A stretch of DNA of 64,000 nucleotides from Escherichia phage WG01: sequence record NC_031928.1, one strand, 5' to 3'. Below, piece after piece: positions 37,227-46,504 of this stretch. A program made the translations under genes and the position numbers. Below the pieces are notes generated by a model, which did not search any database, was not told where the DNA came from, and worked only from the letters and a program-made list of their open reading frames with translations. Numbering within the stretch: the stretch's first letter is position 1; each line of letters opens with the position of its first letter.

Positions 37227-37538
37227 TTATTTACTAGGGCCATTGACGATTTCCCAAATTTGTTTGCGGGTAGATTCCCACATCAATTGAACAAGTTCAT
37301 CAGTAACAGGTTGACGGTAAATACCACGTAATTTAATTAAAGCGTACTTATATGCTTCAAAGTTGTTTTCAAGTACAGCGCCTTGGGCATGGAGATTTAA
37401 ACGACGGATTTCACGAGCATTCTTCTTAAGAATCTTAGCCGCTTGAGAATTAGCTTCTTTAATATTGTGCTCTTCTAAACGTTGCTGGGCTTCTTCAATT
37501 TGCTCATCAGTCAATTGAGAAATGTCATGGCTTTGCAT
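37227..37538 (-). CDS. hypothetical protein
   Basis: 103-aa ORF with AAGGA RBS. Confidence 0.5.
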   Translation of the reverse strand: MQSHDISQLTDEQIEEAQQRLEEHNIKEANSQAAKILKKNAREIRRLNLHAQGAVLENNFEAYKYALIKLRGIYRQPVTDELVQLMWESTRKQIWEIVNGPSK

Positions 37539-37539
37539 A

Positions 37540-37770
37540 TTAATCCTTTGGAGTCAATTCAATAGTGAAGTAGAAATTAGCGTTCTCAACATGATAACGG
37601 TAATCTACGTTATTGTCAGGAGAAGTGAATTCAATATTCCTGACGTTAAGTGGGTCAATATCAATAGGAAGACCTTTAACATCCCGTAATATCAATTTAA
37701 TAAAATAAGGGAGTGCTTCGAAGTCTTCCATTCCATCTAAAAGTGGAGTGATATTAATCTGATGTTCCAT
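37540..37770 (-). CDS. hypothetical protein
   Basis: ORF-track ORF trimmed to first ATG; upstream of gene 55. Confidence 0.4.
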   Translation of the reverse strand: MEHQINITPLLDGMEDFEALPYFIKLILRDVKGLPIDIDPLNVRNIEFTSPDNNVDYRYHVENANFYFTIELTPKD

Positions 37771-38311
37771 ATAAAAAATCCAGTTCACCAACTTTAGGTT
37801 GGGCACTCTTATCAGACCCTGGTGCTTTAGTTAAAGAGGTTTCATACTGAGTCATTTTGTCGTAGATATCTTGGATAAAGGTTTCATCTGCAATACCTAC
37901 CATGTCGTCATCATTACTGTCATAGACATTATGGACGAAGTAGCTATATTTCTTTGCCATTTCTTTACGTTCTTTTTTGATACGCTGAACGAAGGCATTA
38001 AAACAAGCCATAGTGATATATGCATGTGGGTTGTCGTATTTTGTTTCGTCGAAGTTGTGAAGACCTTTAATCGAAGCTTCGATTCCATCAGCAATCATTT
38101 CTTGCTTCCAAGATTGGGTATATCCTGAGAAGTTGAAACGTTTACTTAGTCCTTCAGCAATGAGCATAATAGCCAAGCCGATAACGTCGTTCTGGCGAAC
38201 TATTTTATTAGGATCGGTATTTTCTCTGAGTTCTGTTTTCCATTGGGTGATAGCTTTCAGAAGCTCCTTATTATTTACATAGTTATTTTTAGTCAGTTTA
38301 ATTTCGGTCAT
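37754..38311 (-). CDS. 55: late-transcription sigma factor
   Basis: 185 aa; length and N-terminal region consistent with T4 gp55; position between 47 and nrd-region genes. Confidence 0.85.
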   Translation of the reverse strand: MTEIKLTKNNYVNNKELLKAITQWKTELRENTDPNKIVRQNDVIGLAIMLIAEGLSKRFNFSGYTQSWKQEMIADGIEASIKGLHNFDETKYDNPHAYITMACFNAFVQRIKKERKEMAKKYSYFVHNVYDSNDDDMVGIADETFIQDIYDKMTQYETSLTKAPGSDKSAQPKVGELDFLYGTSD

Positions 38312-38377
38312 TGTTACCTCAGATAACTCAAATCATAGGTCTATTATATCATAGTATTTGAAGACCCTTTTAAAGCA

Positions 38378-38641
38378 TCAACGGAGTAAGCAATAAGCCT
38401 GAAATACGGTTTCAAGGATTTGTGTGAACTCGGAATAAGAAATTGTATCAGTACATCCATGTTCAGACATATATCCACAAAATTCTTTAAAAAGACCTGG
38501 ATATTCGCGATGGTTGTATTTGGAAATATGAGACTTCCATACTAAAGAAGTCTCACCACAAACAAACTCAACATCCATACGGTTATCTATTAAGAAAAAT
38601 CCGAGACCTTCGTAGGCGAGGGTGGTGGATATGGGTTTCAT
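38378..38641 (-). CDS. hypothetical protein
   Basis: 87-aa ORF in operon frame. Confidence 0.45.
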   Translation of the reverse strand: MKPISTTLAYEGLGFFLIDNRMDVEFVCGETSLVWKSHISKYNHREYPGLFKEFCGYMSEHGCTDTISYSEFTQILETVFQAYCLLR

Positions 38642-38904
38642 TGTAGGAATCGAGCTCCTTCTAGTGCGTCATCAAGATTATCAAACTCGTCGACATAATC
38701 AACACCGCCAACTTCGTCCTTCGCATAAAGCCAGTACTGTTTAAATTCGTATTCGATGATGAAGTGGTCACCCTCAATCTGGAGAGCCCCATCACCATTA
38801 AATTGAACTGCATAACCTGTAAAGCGGACATCATTCAAGAGTTCTTCTTTCATAGCAATCATTTCCAAGTTTTTATCGTAATTAGAGAGTTTTATTTTAA
38901 TCAT
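38638..38904 (-). CDS. hypothetical acidic protein
   Basis: 88-aa ORF, ATGA-coupled. Confidence 0.45.
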   Translation of the reverse strand: MIKIKLSNYDKNLEMIAMKEELLNDVRFTGYAVQFNGDGALQIEGDHFIIEYEFKQYWLYAKDEVGGVDYVDEFDNLDDALEGARFLQ

Positions 38905-39230
38905 TTCGCTGCCTTAACAATTTTCAGGTCAACGAATTTTTTCTTACGTTGGTTTTTCATACGACGGATGGTTTTATCCGTGATTTCACCAGGGGCCCAA
39001 GCTTTAGATTCTACACCAAAGGCAGCGACATCGAATTCATCGAGGATATATTGAACCAGGATTTCACGAATACCGTTCTTACCAATTTTCTGGTCTTTAG
39101 AGTGCATGATAGGTAACAGTTCAGCAACCCATTGGTCAAGAACCTGAGGAGTTACAAAACCTGTTTTCATCAGTTCGTTTACTTTATCGAAAGCGAAAGA
39201 GTTCAGTACGTTTTTAATAGCTTGTGACAT
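38901..39230 (-). CDS. hypothetical protein
   Basis: ORF-track ORF trimmed to ATG 39230 with GAGGAAATTAT RBS. Confidence 0.5.
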   Translation of the reverse strand: MSQAIKNVLNSFAFDKVNELMKTGFVTPQVLDQWVAELLPIMHSKDQKIGKNGIREILVQYILDEFDVAAFGVESKAWAPGEITDKTIRRMKNQRKKKFVDLKIVKAAK

Positions 39231-39298
39231 AATAATTTCCTCAGTTTTAAAGTTATAATCCGTAGGACCATTATACTCTGGTCCCAAGAGTTTGTAAA

Positions 39299-39499
39299 CT
39301 ATTTTTGACTCATTGCACCTTTCCAGCCTTCGTACATAGATGCAGCTGAAATTAATAAAGCGCCTGAACAACTTGAATATTTGTGGTTCCAAAACCAGTT
39401 CAGAAAAACTTCGTCATCAATACCTTGGGCTATCATATTTTCAAAGAACTGACGACGAGCTTCAGCAATTCGCTGTGATAATTTAGATTCAGGATTCAT
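39299..39499 (-). CDS. hypothetical protein
   Basis: 66-aa ORF. Confidence 0.4.
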   Translation of the reverse strand: MNPESKLSQRIAEARRQFFENMIAQGIDDEVFLNWFWNHKYSSCSGALLISAASMYEGWKGAMSQK

Positions 39500-39631
39500 T
39501 TAAATTTTCCAGTTTCCGTGTTTATCAATGAATTTAATCCAGTCATTTACTGACCACGTGGTTGTATCGCCCTTTGGACTAACATTTAAAGTGTATAGTC
39601 CTTGCTTAAAAAGCATTCGTTTGATATTCAT
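39500..39631 (-). CDS. hypothetical small protein (43 aa)
   Basis: ORF-track ORF trimmed to first ATG with GAGGAAAAT RBS. Confidence 0.35.
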   Translation of the reverse strand: MNIKRMLFKQGLYTLNVSPKGDTTTWSVNDWIKFIDKHGNWKI

Positions 39632-39638
39632 ATTTTCC

Positions 39639-39932
39639 TCAGCTATAACGATAACATTCGTTTGATTTACGTTTTGCAACTCGATGAGAAGTATTGTAAT
39701 CAGGTTCATCGTCATTGTAAACATCTTTTTTCAGCTTTCTCACTTCTTTACGAAGCTGGCGGTTCATTTCGTTCTTAACTTCAGAATCAACACCGCGCAT
39801 ACGTTTCCACTTGTCGGAACGGAAGATATTTTCTTCAACCAGTTCCTGACTTACGCCGTCCGGTGCTTTACGACGTCCGGAATAATAAAAATCTTTTACA
39901 GACAATTCTTTACGACGAATAGTTTTACCCAT
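39639..39932 (-). CDS. hypothetical basic protein
   Basis: 97-aa ORF. Confidence 0.45.
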   Translation of the reverse strand: MGKTIRRKELSVKDFYYSGRRKAPDGVSQELVEENIFRSDKWKRMRGVDSEVKNEMNRQLRKEVRKLKKDVYNDDEPDYNTSHRVAKRKSNECYRYS

Positions 39933-39934
39933 AG

Positions 39935-40189
39935 TTACCTCAGCAGTTTGTATCCAATAAGATTTTTAATGTATTGGACATCTTTGACATCCAAATCTAA
40001 CTTAATATCTTTCAGACGGTCGCACAGGGTCAAAAAGGTTACATGTTTCCAATTCTTCACTGGGCAACAATAAGTCTTAGGACCATTTGCAATTTCAATA
40101 TTCTTATCAGTGACGGTGAGAAAAATCAGGCGCTCATCATCCAGATTAAGGGTAATGATATTTTTCATTGAATGTAATTTCAGACTCAT
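39935..40189 (-). CDS. hypothetical protein
   Basis: 84-aa ORF. Confidence 0.45.
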   Translation of the reverse strand: MSLKLHSMKNIITLNLDDERLIFLTVTDKNIEIANGPKTYCCPVKNWKHVTFLTLCDRLKDIKLDLDVKDVQYIKNLIGYKLLR

Positions 40190-40368
40190 GATTTAATTTC
40201 CTTAGCTACTGAACAAAATAAAGAACGGTCGCACACCATCAATGGAGCATCAGGGTGAGTCAAAGGTTGATACCATACATCGAGATTTGTTACCTTTGTT
40301 ACTTGAACAGGGTAGCCATTTACTGAATAATACTGGTCGGCTTTAATTTCTTTATCTTGGATAGTCAT
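40186..40368 (-). CDS. hypothetical protein
   Basis: 60-aa ORF downstream of promoter cassette 40385-40426. Confidence 0.45.
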   Translation of the reverse strand: MTIQDKEIKADQYYSVNGYPVQVTKVTNLDVWYQPLTHPDAPLMVCDRSLFCSVAKEIKS

Positions 40369-40384
40369 AATGTTCTCCTCATGT

Positions 40385-40426
40385 GTTGATAGGATAGACT
40401 ATAACACGTGAGGAGAGGAAGTAAAT
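40385..40426 (-). promoter_or_regulatory. early promoter cassette with inverted repeat CTCCTCATGTG/CACGTGAGGAG
   Basis: GTTGATAGGATAGACTATAACA core; -35 variant gtaaat. Confidence 0.5.
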
Positions 40427-40427
40427 A

Positions 40428-40745
40428 CTAATCTTCAATTAAATCTTGGTCATAACCAAGTTCAATCAAAAGCGATTTGAAGGCAGGAATATTTTCTATT
40501 TTCTTATTATCGACAAATATGACAGGATAGCGTATCGCTAAGCTCTTGAAGCCTGCACGTTTGGCCAATGATACTATAAGAGGCTTGTCGTATACTGCGC
40601 CTGACGGCGTCTGGTTAATCACAGGATAGAAAGTATGTGGGATAGAAAGGGAATTTAGGAGCGATAGAACAGCAATGCACCCTGGACAGCGCATGACTGT
40701 CTCAGGGATACCGTAAATCTCAATTTTAGTTAACTTTTGGTCCAC
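40428..40745 (-). CDS. glutaredoxin/thioredoxin-fold protein (NrdH-like)
   Basis: 105 aa; CPGC redox motif after first beta-strand. Confidence 0.6.
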   Translation of the reverse strand: MDQKLTKIEIYGIPETVMRCPGCIAVLSLLNSLSIPHTFYPVINQTPSGAVYDKPLIVSLAKRAGFKSLAIRYPVIFVDNKKIENIPAFKSLLIELGYDQDLIED

Positions 40746-41022
40746 AGGAAATAACTCCTTGGTAGTCCCAAGTTTTTAGAACTTCGTCTTCATTAGTTCC
40801 GTATGGGACGTAAATCTGGATAAGGAACCCGGTATCATCAAAAGAGAAATAGACAGTAGGTTTAATACCATGAATCTCTGACAGAGCATAGATGTCCTTG
40901 AGGTCGTCTTCCTTACCTTTAAAGAATTCAGGGTTCAGGTCACAGTCATGGAAGTACCAATCATCACCAAACTTGTCCCAAGCGGTCCAATTCAAAGCTA
41001 CATATTCTTCAAAACGTTTCAT
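40726..41022 (-). CDS. hypothetical protein
   Basis: 98-aa ORF. Confidence 0.45.
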   Translation of the reverse strand: MKRFEEYVALNWTAWDKFGDDWYFHDCDLNPEFFKGKEDDLKDIYALSEIHGIKPTVYFSFDDTGFLIQIYVPYGTNEDEVLKTWDYQGVISCGPKVN

Positions 41023-41234
41023 TCTTTCACCTTCATCATTTTTGCAATAACACTATGAACAGCCTGGATTCGTTTGTCGAACTCGGACCCTTCAAGACCT
41101 TTTTCAGTACTCAGAGCACCAATAATCATGAACAGCAATCCAAACGGAATAGCCAGGATTAAAAGGCATACGATAAACAGAACCAATGTTATATTAGCCA
41201 GGATATCAGAAACAGCATTACGAAATTTATTCAT
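41019..41234 (-). CDS. small membrane protein
   Basis: ORF-track ORF begins with GTG at 41246; trimmed to first ATG 41234, TAATG-coupled to the upstream ORF; one TM helix. Confidence 0.45.
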   Translation of the reverse strand: MNKFRNAVSDILANITLVLFIVCLLILAIPFGLLFMIIGALSTEKGLEGSEFDKRIQAVHSVIAKMMKVKE

Positions 41235-41359
41235 TAAAGAACCCACATGTTAGTTACAACAAATAACCATTGAGCAGGATACTCAACACCCATAATACGC
41301 ACCGCATCATTCAGAGATTCGGCTAAAGCATAAAATGTGTAGCCATAAAAATTAATCAT
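41234..41359 (-). CDS. hypothetical small protein (41 aa)
   Basis: Hand-translated ORF MINFYGYTFYALAESLNDAVRIMGVEYPAQWLF...; ATGA-coupled to gene 49 stop; below track cutoff. Confidence 0.35.
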   Translation of the reverse strand: MINFYGYTFYALAESLNDAVRIMGVEYPAQWLFVVTNMWVL

Positions 41360-41829
41360 TTAAGCGATTTCCTCAGTTGTTTTTTAAATGAATCGACCAT
41401 TTGTTTCTTAGTGTCAGATTCATTATAAGTCATTCCATGTGAAAGCATTTCAGCAATCATTTCTTCCTTACCTAACCTGCTGAACTCTTTGGTTTTATCA
41501 GGAACGAAATTAGGATGGATATTGTTTTCAGTATAATCAGCTTTCAGATAGACCAGCAAATTCTCTAACCATTCGAGGTAGTCAACGTTTTGACCTTTAA
41601 GACCAGAACGGTTGAACTTATGCTTCATTTGTCCTTCTGCAGCATTACACAGATTACATAGTAAACCACGAACCTTACCGGCTTTTGGCCCGTTCAATTC
41701 ATGGTCGTGGTCAAGGTGGTTACTTTGAACATCAGGGTTTAATTCACGTTTACAAATCAAACACTTACCACATTGTGCATCATAAAGTTTTTGTTTTTCT
41801 TCTTTGTATAATTTGCCGGTCAACAACAT
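41356..41829 (-). CDS. 49: endonuclease VII (Holliday junction resolvase)
   Basis: 157 aa; zinc-binding CGKCLIC...HLDHDHELNG...LLCNLCN as T4 gp49. Confidence 0.85.
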   Translation of the reverse strand: MLLTGKLYKEEKQKLYDAQCGKCLICKRELNPDVQSNHLDHDHELNGPKAGKVRGLLCNLCNAAEGQMKHKFNRSGLKGQNVDYLEWLENLLVYLKADYTENNIHPNFVPDKTKEFSRLGKEEMIAEMLSHGMTYNESDTKKQMVDSFKKQLRKSLK

Positions 41830-41864
41830 AATAAACCCTTACCATTATTAGATAAGGGTATTTA

Positions 41865-42062
41865 TTATTTTTCAAATGTACTATAAAACGAGCGATGCAA
41901 CCGTTTAAATTGACGAATCATCTTTTTAGTAGGACGGGTGTATAACCCTACACAAGTGGCCATAAACTGATCAGTAGGACTTCCTTTAATAAGAAGTTTC
42001 CAGACTTTACCGCCATTTAACTTTTCAGTATAAATCAGTTCAGTTTTCATAGTAAAACCCAT
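41865..42062 (-). CDS. hypothetical protein
   Basis: ORF-track ORF begins with TTG; trimmed to first ATG; GTTTAC-N18-TATAAT promoter immediately upstream. Confidence 0.4.
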   Translation of the reverse strand: MGFTMKTELIYTEKLNGGKVWKLLIKGSPTDQFMATCVGLYTRPTKKMIRQFKRLHRSFYSTFEK

Positions 42063-42096
42063 ATTCCATATCAATTAAATCATTGTTTGAAGGTTC

Positions 42097-42126
42097 ATTA
42101 TACTCTATTTCGGAATCGTTGTAAAC
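42097..42126 (-). promoter_or_regulatory. sigma70-type promoter GTTTAC-N18-TATAAT
   Basis: Minus-strand GTTTAC (revcomp of 42121-42126) and TATAAT (revcomp of 42097-42102) upstream of 41865..42062. Confidence 0.45.
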
Positions 42127-42181
42127 GGGTTCCTCTGGCTCGGTAGGTTCTATCGTATCCCACCGAGCGACATACCATGGC

Positions 42182-42490
42182 TTAACGGTCACACCACCAA
42201 CTACTTACTTCAAAATCAGGTTCACCGTGTTCCCAGTACCAAGGACCGACTGGATGCCAATCACCGTGTTCATCTTCTTCAAATTCTTCAGATTCAAGGC
42301 CAACGTATTGCCATTGGACTTCGTAAGCGGTGCCGCCGATTACAACAGTGTTCTCGCCATATGGATGGGCTACAGCAAAGTCTATACCTTCTGCTTTAGC
42401 CAACCAAACCATATATTCGTATAGTTTATATTCCAGGTCATCTTCGGTACCATCACCTAGAAAAATGGTTTGTTCGTTTAATTCAATCAT
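42182..42490 (-). CDS. hypothetical acidic Trp-rich protein
   Basis: ORF-track ORF trimmed to first ATG 42490 (track start is TTG); ATGA-coupled to upstream small ORF. Confidence 0.45.
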   Translation of the reverse strand: MIELNEQTIFLGDGTEDDLEYKLYEYMVWLAKAEGIDFAVAHPYGENTVVIGGTAYEVQWQYVGLESEEFEEDEHGDWHPVGPWYWEHGEPDFEVSSWWCDR

Positions 42491-42648
42491 TTGAAGTTCC
42501 AGAATGAAGCACCAACCAGAAATAAAGGCCAACAAATCATAGACGTCAACCACCAACAAAAGTCACCTGAATCATCTAATTTAGCTAGGGTCTTAGCATA
42601 ACCAATACCGATGATAAGATACAAAACAACCAACATTAATTCAATCAT
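42487..42648 (-). CDS. small membrane protein (53 aa)
   Basis: Hand-translated ORF MIELMLVVLYLIIGIGYAKTLAKLDDSGDFCWWLTSMICWPLFLVGASFWNFK; ATGA-coupled at both ends (nrdC stop and downstream start). Confidence 0.4.
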   Translation of the reverse strand: MIELMLVVLYLIIGIGYAKTLAKLDDSGDFCWWLTSMICWPLFLVGASFWNFK

Positions 42649-42908
42649 TTGAAATACGCTCGCAGTTGGTCAAAGCCACCAATATGACTTCCATCAGGGG
42701 CAAATACTTGCGGCATGGTCAAACCGATTTGAGATTCGCGACCAAGCGCAGCCAGGAGTTGAGCAATCTTCTCATCATCAAATACGCCTTTTTCCGGCAT
42801 CACGTTAATGAATTCGTAAGGTTGTTTCTTAACATCAAGCAGACGTTTGGCATTATCACAGAAAACACAACGGTGAATATTTGAATCATAACCATAAACT
42901 TTAAACAT
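42645..42908 (-). CDS. nrdC: thioredoxin (glutaredoxin-like)
   Basis: 87 aa; MFKVYGYDSNIHRCVFCDNAKRLL...GLTMPQVFAPDGSHIGGFDQL nearly identical to recalled T4 NrdC. Confidence 0.92.
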   Translation of the reverse strand: MFKVYGYDSNIHRCVFCDNAKRLLDVKKQPYEFINVMPEKGVFDDEKIAQLLAALGRESQIGLTMPQVFAPDGSHIGGFDQLRAYFK

Positions 42909-42909
42909 T

Positions 42910-43146
42910 TTAAATTCCTAATATTTGTTTGAATGCTTCAGAACGGTCAAGTTCTGTTCCATATTTTTCCATGTGCTCATATTTTAAATTATACACATCA
43001 GATAGTATATTATTATACGAGCGAGTTAAAGCAGATTTCAATACTGAATAACTGTCCGGAAATTTACCATGCTCTTTATAATAAGCTAAAGTAAGTTCGC
43101 GGACTGCCTTATCGGCAGCCTCTACATATTCTTTACGCTTTGCCAT
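42910..43146 (-). CDS. hypothetical protein
   Basis: ORF-track ORF trimmed to first ATG at 43146. Confidence 0.45.
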   Translation of the reverse strand: MAKRKEYVEAADKAVRELTLAYYKEHGKFPDSYSVLKSALTRSYNNILSDVYNLKYEHMEKYGTELDRSEAFKQILGI

Positions 43147-43444
43147 TTTCTTCTCGCTCAAATTTATGTTTACAATGGCGGCATTTGTAACGAAGATTAC
43201 TAGTCTGCCAATGGACCAATTGAACCTGTTCTGTGCCGCACTTAGGACAGTTAGGAACATTCTTAGAAGCTTGTTCTCGTCGTGCGACCATAGCCATTAC
43301 AGCATCCCAATTAACGGCATCACCATAATCATCACAACCATGAATTTTACCAACCAATTCAACTTCAACATCCGCGGCTTTAATAAATTTCAATAAGCCG
43401 GTATTAGATGCTGAAGCAATATCTTCAGCTAAACGTTGTTTCAT
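43133..43444 (-). CDS. zinc-ribbon protein
   Basis: 103 aa; C-terminal CPKCG...CRHCKHKF four-Cys ribbon; ATGA-coupled. Confidence 0.5.
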   Translation of the reverse strand: MKQRLAEDIASASNTGLLKFIKAADVEVELVGKIHGCDDYGDAVNWDAVMAMVARREQASKNVPNCPKCGTEQVQLVHWQTSNLRYKCRHCKHKFEREENGKA

Positions 43445-44451
43445 TTCAGCAGCTCCAGAGCCTGTTCAAGACGGTCTAAACGATTGGTAGACTCTTCCCA
43501 AAGTTTCTTGGCAGCGGTATATTGTCCAGCCAGTTTTTTGTTGATAGCAAGGGCATCTTTATACGCTTTTTCTAAGGCAACGACTTCTGGTAACTTGGAT
43601 TTAGTAATTGGTGTAGGGGCCATGATAGGGCCGTTCAAGTCGTTAATCAAATCTTCTAATGTAGCAGGCTCTTTATCAGTGTTCACAATTTCCTCACATT
43701 TTTCTTGGTAAATTTCAGCGTCAGTTTTTGGAACGGTACATTTGATTTCACGGACTGTTACTAAGACTTCATATCCTTTCCAGCCTAAGTGGTGTTTAAC
43801 TTCTTGGGTCTCATATTTCTCTACGGTATCCATCAGAGCTAAAGCCTGTTCGATAGTATTCAAGGTATCGTAAGCAATATCTTGATACTTTACAACTTCC
43901 GCATCATCTTTAGGTTTCCTATTAGGCGACCAAATAACAGAAATAATAGCTTTTCCTTTATAACTATTTGTTTTAATCATGCAATTAGCCATCGGGTGAA
44001 TAGTACGACAATCACCGGAAACTATAGTTTTAGAGGCCGCTTTGAGAATTAATGCAGAGTTAGCCTTGAATTCGCTAACCCAACGTTGCGGAAATAAACT
44101 ATTAGGGTCCATACCTTTAATTTTGATATAACCTTTTATGGTATCACCAAACCATTTGTAGCTAACAACACGGTTGGAACCTGGATATTTCTCTTTACCG
44201 AACTCAGAAAGGATGTCCTTATTGACCAGGCGCGAAAGCAGTCGAGAACCTTTAAATGTTTTAATGATATCATGAATGCACAAACGGCCTGCAATCTTTT
44301 CGATTTCAGCTTTGAAACAGCGCGATAATGCATCATCAATTTGGTCGACCCATTTATTGATATTAGAAACTATTACCTCGTATGGGGTTAACGGAGGGGT
44401 GTTGGTAGTGATATACGTAGTAAAGGCATTGATGTATTCAGTACGAGTCAT
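43441..44451 (-). CDS. hypothetical protein with C-terminal coiled coil
   Basis: ORF-track ORF trimmed to ATG 44451 with GAGGAGAATAT RBS. Confidence 0.55.
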   Translation of the reverse strand: MTRTEYINAFTTYITTNTPPLTPYEVIVSNINKWVDQIDDALSRCFKAEIEKIAGRLCIHDIIKTFKGSRLLSRLVNKDILSEFGKEKYPGSNRVVSYKWFGDTIKGYIKIKGMDPNSLFPQRWVSEFKANSALILKAASKTIVSGDCRTIHPMANCMIKTNSYKGKAIISVIWSPNRKPKDDAEVVKYQDIAYDTLNTIEQALALMDTVEKYETQEVKHHLGWKGYEVLVTVREIKCTVPKTDAEIYQEKCEEIVNTDKEPATLEDLINDLNGPIMAPTPITKSKLPEVVALEKAYKDALAINKKLAGQYTAAKKLWEESTNRLDRLEQALELLK

Positions 44452-44509
44452 GATATTCTCCTCAGTAGATTTAAAAAGATTATACTCCATCCGTCCTTGG
44501 ATGTAAACA

Positions 44510-45403
44510 TTATTTTAGAGCTAATACTGCCGCGCTAAGCTTGTCACGCTGGATTTCCATGTTCTTGATGCGAATCAATACGTCTTGAATACTCTTTTTC
44601 TCATCTTCGATCTGGCCGTTTAAACGGTGGATTGATTCCTGGAGGTGGTCCTCATGATACTTCTCGATAGGTTTCATCGTAGGGTTAGTAACCACCAAAG
44701 AATTCTCGGGTTTAATTTTCCAATGATACGGTTCGGAATTGAATGGGCTTGGTACAGCAGTGGTTTTGAATTTGTCATAGGCCGCATACTGGCCTACACT
44801 GTCACATGATACTGCAGAGATACGACGTTCCATTTGTGGGTCCTTTTGTTGGGATTGATAAGGGGCATAAGACAAAAGATATTCACGAGTTAGTTTAACA
44901 TTAAAATACACTGCATCAGGCCGTCCGGAACAATCAGCATATTCATCGGTTGTAACTTTATATGATTCTACTGCCTTAATACGAGTCATTGCTTCCCTGA
45001 ATAAGGTTTCGAATGCTTCACGAAGAGCCTTATTGCCTTTTGAGGTGGGACGGAAACGAACTTGAATACCGTCAGGCAGAATATTAATGACTAGGTTACG
45101 AGCCGTAAAATTAATATTCTTGATATTGACAGGAACCGTAGAAATACGTCCTGCGGTAGCCAAGAGGTCTTTGATATTAGCTCGCAGTGTTGCACCAAAT
45201 AAATGAGCAGGGCAACGGCAATAATCGTTCAAAGAACTAATATAAGTCCCTTTACGACCTACACCATAAGTATAATTACCATTACAAATATGGCCAAAGT
45301 CTGCCAGCCGATCGATAGCGATACGACGAGTCGTGTCATGGTCATAGATGGAATATTCTTTACGTGTTTTAATGTTCATATCAGAGTCCAAATAATTTTT
45401 CAT
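44510..45403 (-). CDS. hypothetical protein
   Basis: 297-aa ORF; alternative start at 45379. Confidence 0.5.
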   Translation of the reverse strand: MKNYLDSDMNIKTRKEYSIYDHDTTRRIAIDRLADFGHICNGNYTYGVGRKGTYISSLNDYCRCPAHLFGATLRANIKDLLATAGRISTVPVNIKNINFTARNLVINILPDGIQVRFRPTSKGNKALREAFETLFREAMTRIKAVESYKVTTDEYADCSGRPDAVYFNVKLTREYLLSYAPYQSQQKDPQMERRISAVSCDSVGQYAAYDKFKTTAVPSPFNSEPYHWKIKPENSLVVTNPTMKPIEKYHEDHLQESIHRLNGQIEDEKKSIQDVLIRIKNMEIQRDKLSAAVLALK

Positions 45404-45596
45404 AGAGTTTAGCGATAGGCCACAGAATTAGCATACATAACCAGGCAAAGCAAAATACTGGCCATACAAATGTAATGAATACCGCATCATAGCTTGATTC
45501 AATTTTAACCGGGTTCCACGCGCCTGTTTTATGCGCAATCAAAGCAGTAATAAATCCTATCACAAGATAAGCAAGAATAAAACCAATAATTTCCAT
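45381..45596 (-). CDS. small membrane protein
   Basis: 71-aa ORF with two predicted TM helices. Confidence 0.45.
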   Translation of the reverse strand: MEIIGFILAYLVIGFITALIAHKTGAWNPVKIESSYDAVFITFVWPVFCFAWLCMLILWPIAKLYEKLFGL

Positions 45597-45598
45597 AA

Positions 45599-46441
45599 TT
45601 AATCCTTAAGAAGATTTAGGATATCGATATATTTTTGACGTTCAGCCTTGGCTTTAGCATTCAGACCAGAGAGTCGGAAAATCTCATCATCTTGTTGTTG
45701 AATTGTAACATTCAAGCAAGTAAGCAAATTGCTAAAATACTCAATCTGGGCTTGATGCTTCTCATTGCTGCGCACTGGCACAGGTTCCGGTTTAGGAGCT
45801 TGTTCTGAATGCTCTTCAGCCAGGTCTTTAATTTTATAAAGTTTAATACGCTGACCCACCCCAGTTTCGGCATCACCAAAACTAAGAACACCGTGCTGTT
45901 CTAATTCGGACAAGGCTAATCGGAGATGGAACTTCCAGTTGTCATATTGACAACCACTAAAAGTTGAAATGGTATACTCATTTTCATTTCTGGGGTGGTT
46001 AACAATACTAAAGATAATCCAATCACCTGAACCATTAGTCTTAAAGGTCATTTGTTTATCTTGACCTTTTGCAAGGCGAGCACCTAGTGCTAGTAGACGT
46101 CGTTGGTTGGCATGAAGGTCTTGAACCACTTCGTCAAATGACATCGCCGGGATTAAACGACCATAGAGGTCGTAGCCTTTGTTATAATTTTTAAGAATAA
46201 TTTTGGCATTAGCACGAGACAACATACCTGTTTTACGAAGAGTTTTCATGACCCGGTCTTCTAAGGTAAACGACCTGGTCTTGTCAAAGATTTTAGTGAA
46301 GTCATCTTTAACAGTACAAACGTTGAACTTGTCCCACATCATATATAGAACCTTTTCAACCACTTCTTTAGAACTCGGAATACGACCAAATTTAACAACT
46401 TTTTTAACTTCAGAACGAATTTGATTAATTGCCTGTGACAT
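45599..46441 (-). CDS. hypothetical protein
   Basis: 280-aa ORF with GAGGAAATTAT RBS. Confidence 0.55.
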   Translation of the reverse strand: MSQAINQIRSEVKKVVKFGRIPSSKEVVEKVLYMMWDKFNVCTVKDDFTKIFDKTRSFTLEDRVMKTLRKTGMLSRANAKIILKNYNKGYDLYGRLIPAMSFDEVVQDLHANQRRLLALGARLAKGQDKQMTFKTNGSGDWIIFSIVNHPRNENEYTISTFSGCQYDNWKFHLRLALSELEQHGVLSFGDAETGVGQRIKLYKIKDLAEEHSEQAPKPEPVPVRSNEKHQAQIEYFSNLLTCLNVTIQQQDDEIFRLSGLNAKAKAERQKYIDILNLLKD

Positions 46442-46504
46442 AATAATTTCCTCAGTAAGTAATTAAGAACCTAGAACCATTATACCATCCTTGGTATAAA
46501 GCGT

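Noticed and set aside
37043-37243. 66-aa minus-strand ORF
   Set aside because: Overlaps the next gene by 17 nt and has no RBS; kept out of the feature list as probably non-coding.
42075-42200. Possible frameshifted continuation of the 42182..42490 ORF (alternate frame encodes an acidic stretch PWYVARWDTIEPTEPEEP...)
   Set aside because: The same DNA contains a well-formed GTTTAC-N18-TATAAT promoter on the gene strand positioned correctly for the next gene, so it is more likely intergenic promoter DNA than coding.
42490-42559. N-terminal extension of the 125-aa track ORF 42182..42559
   Set aside because: The track start is a TTG; an alternative-frame 53-aa membrane ORF (42487..42648) is ATGA-coupled to nrdC and to the first ATG at 42490, which fits the operon better.
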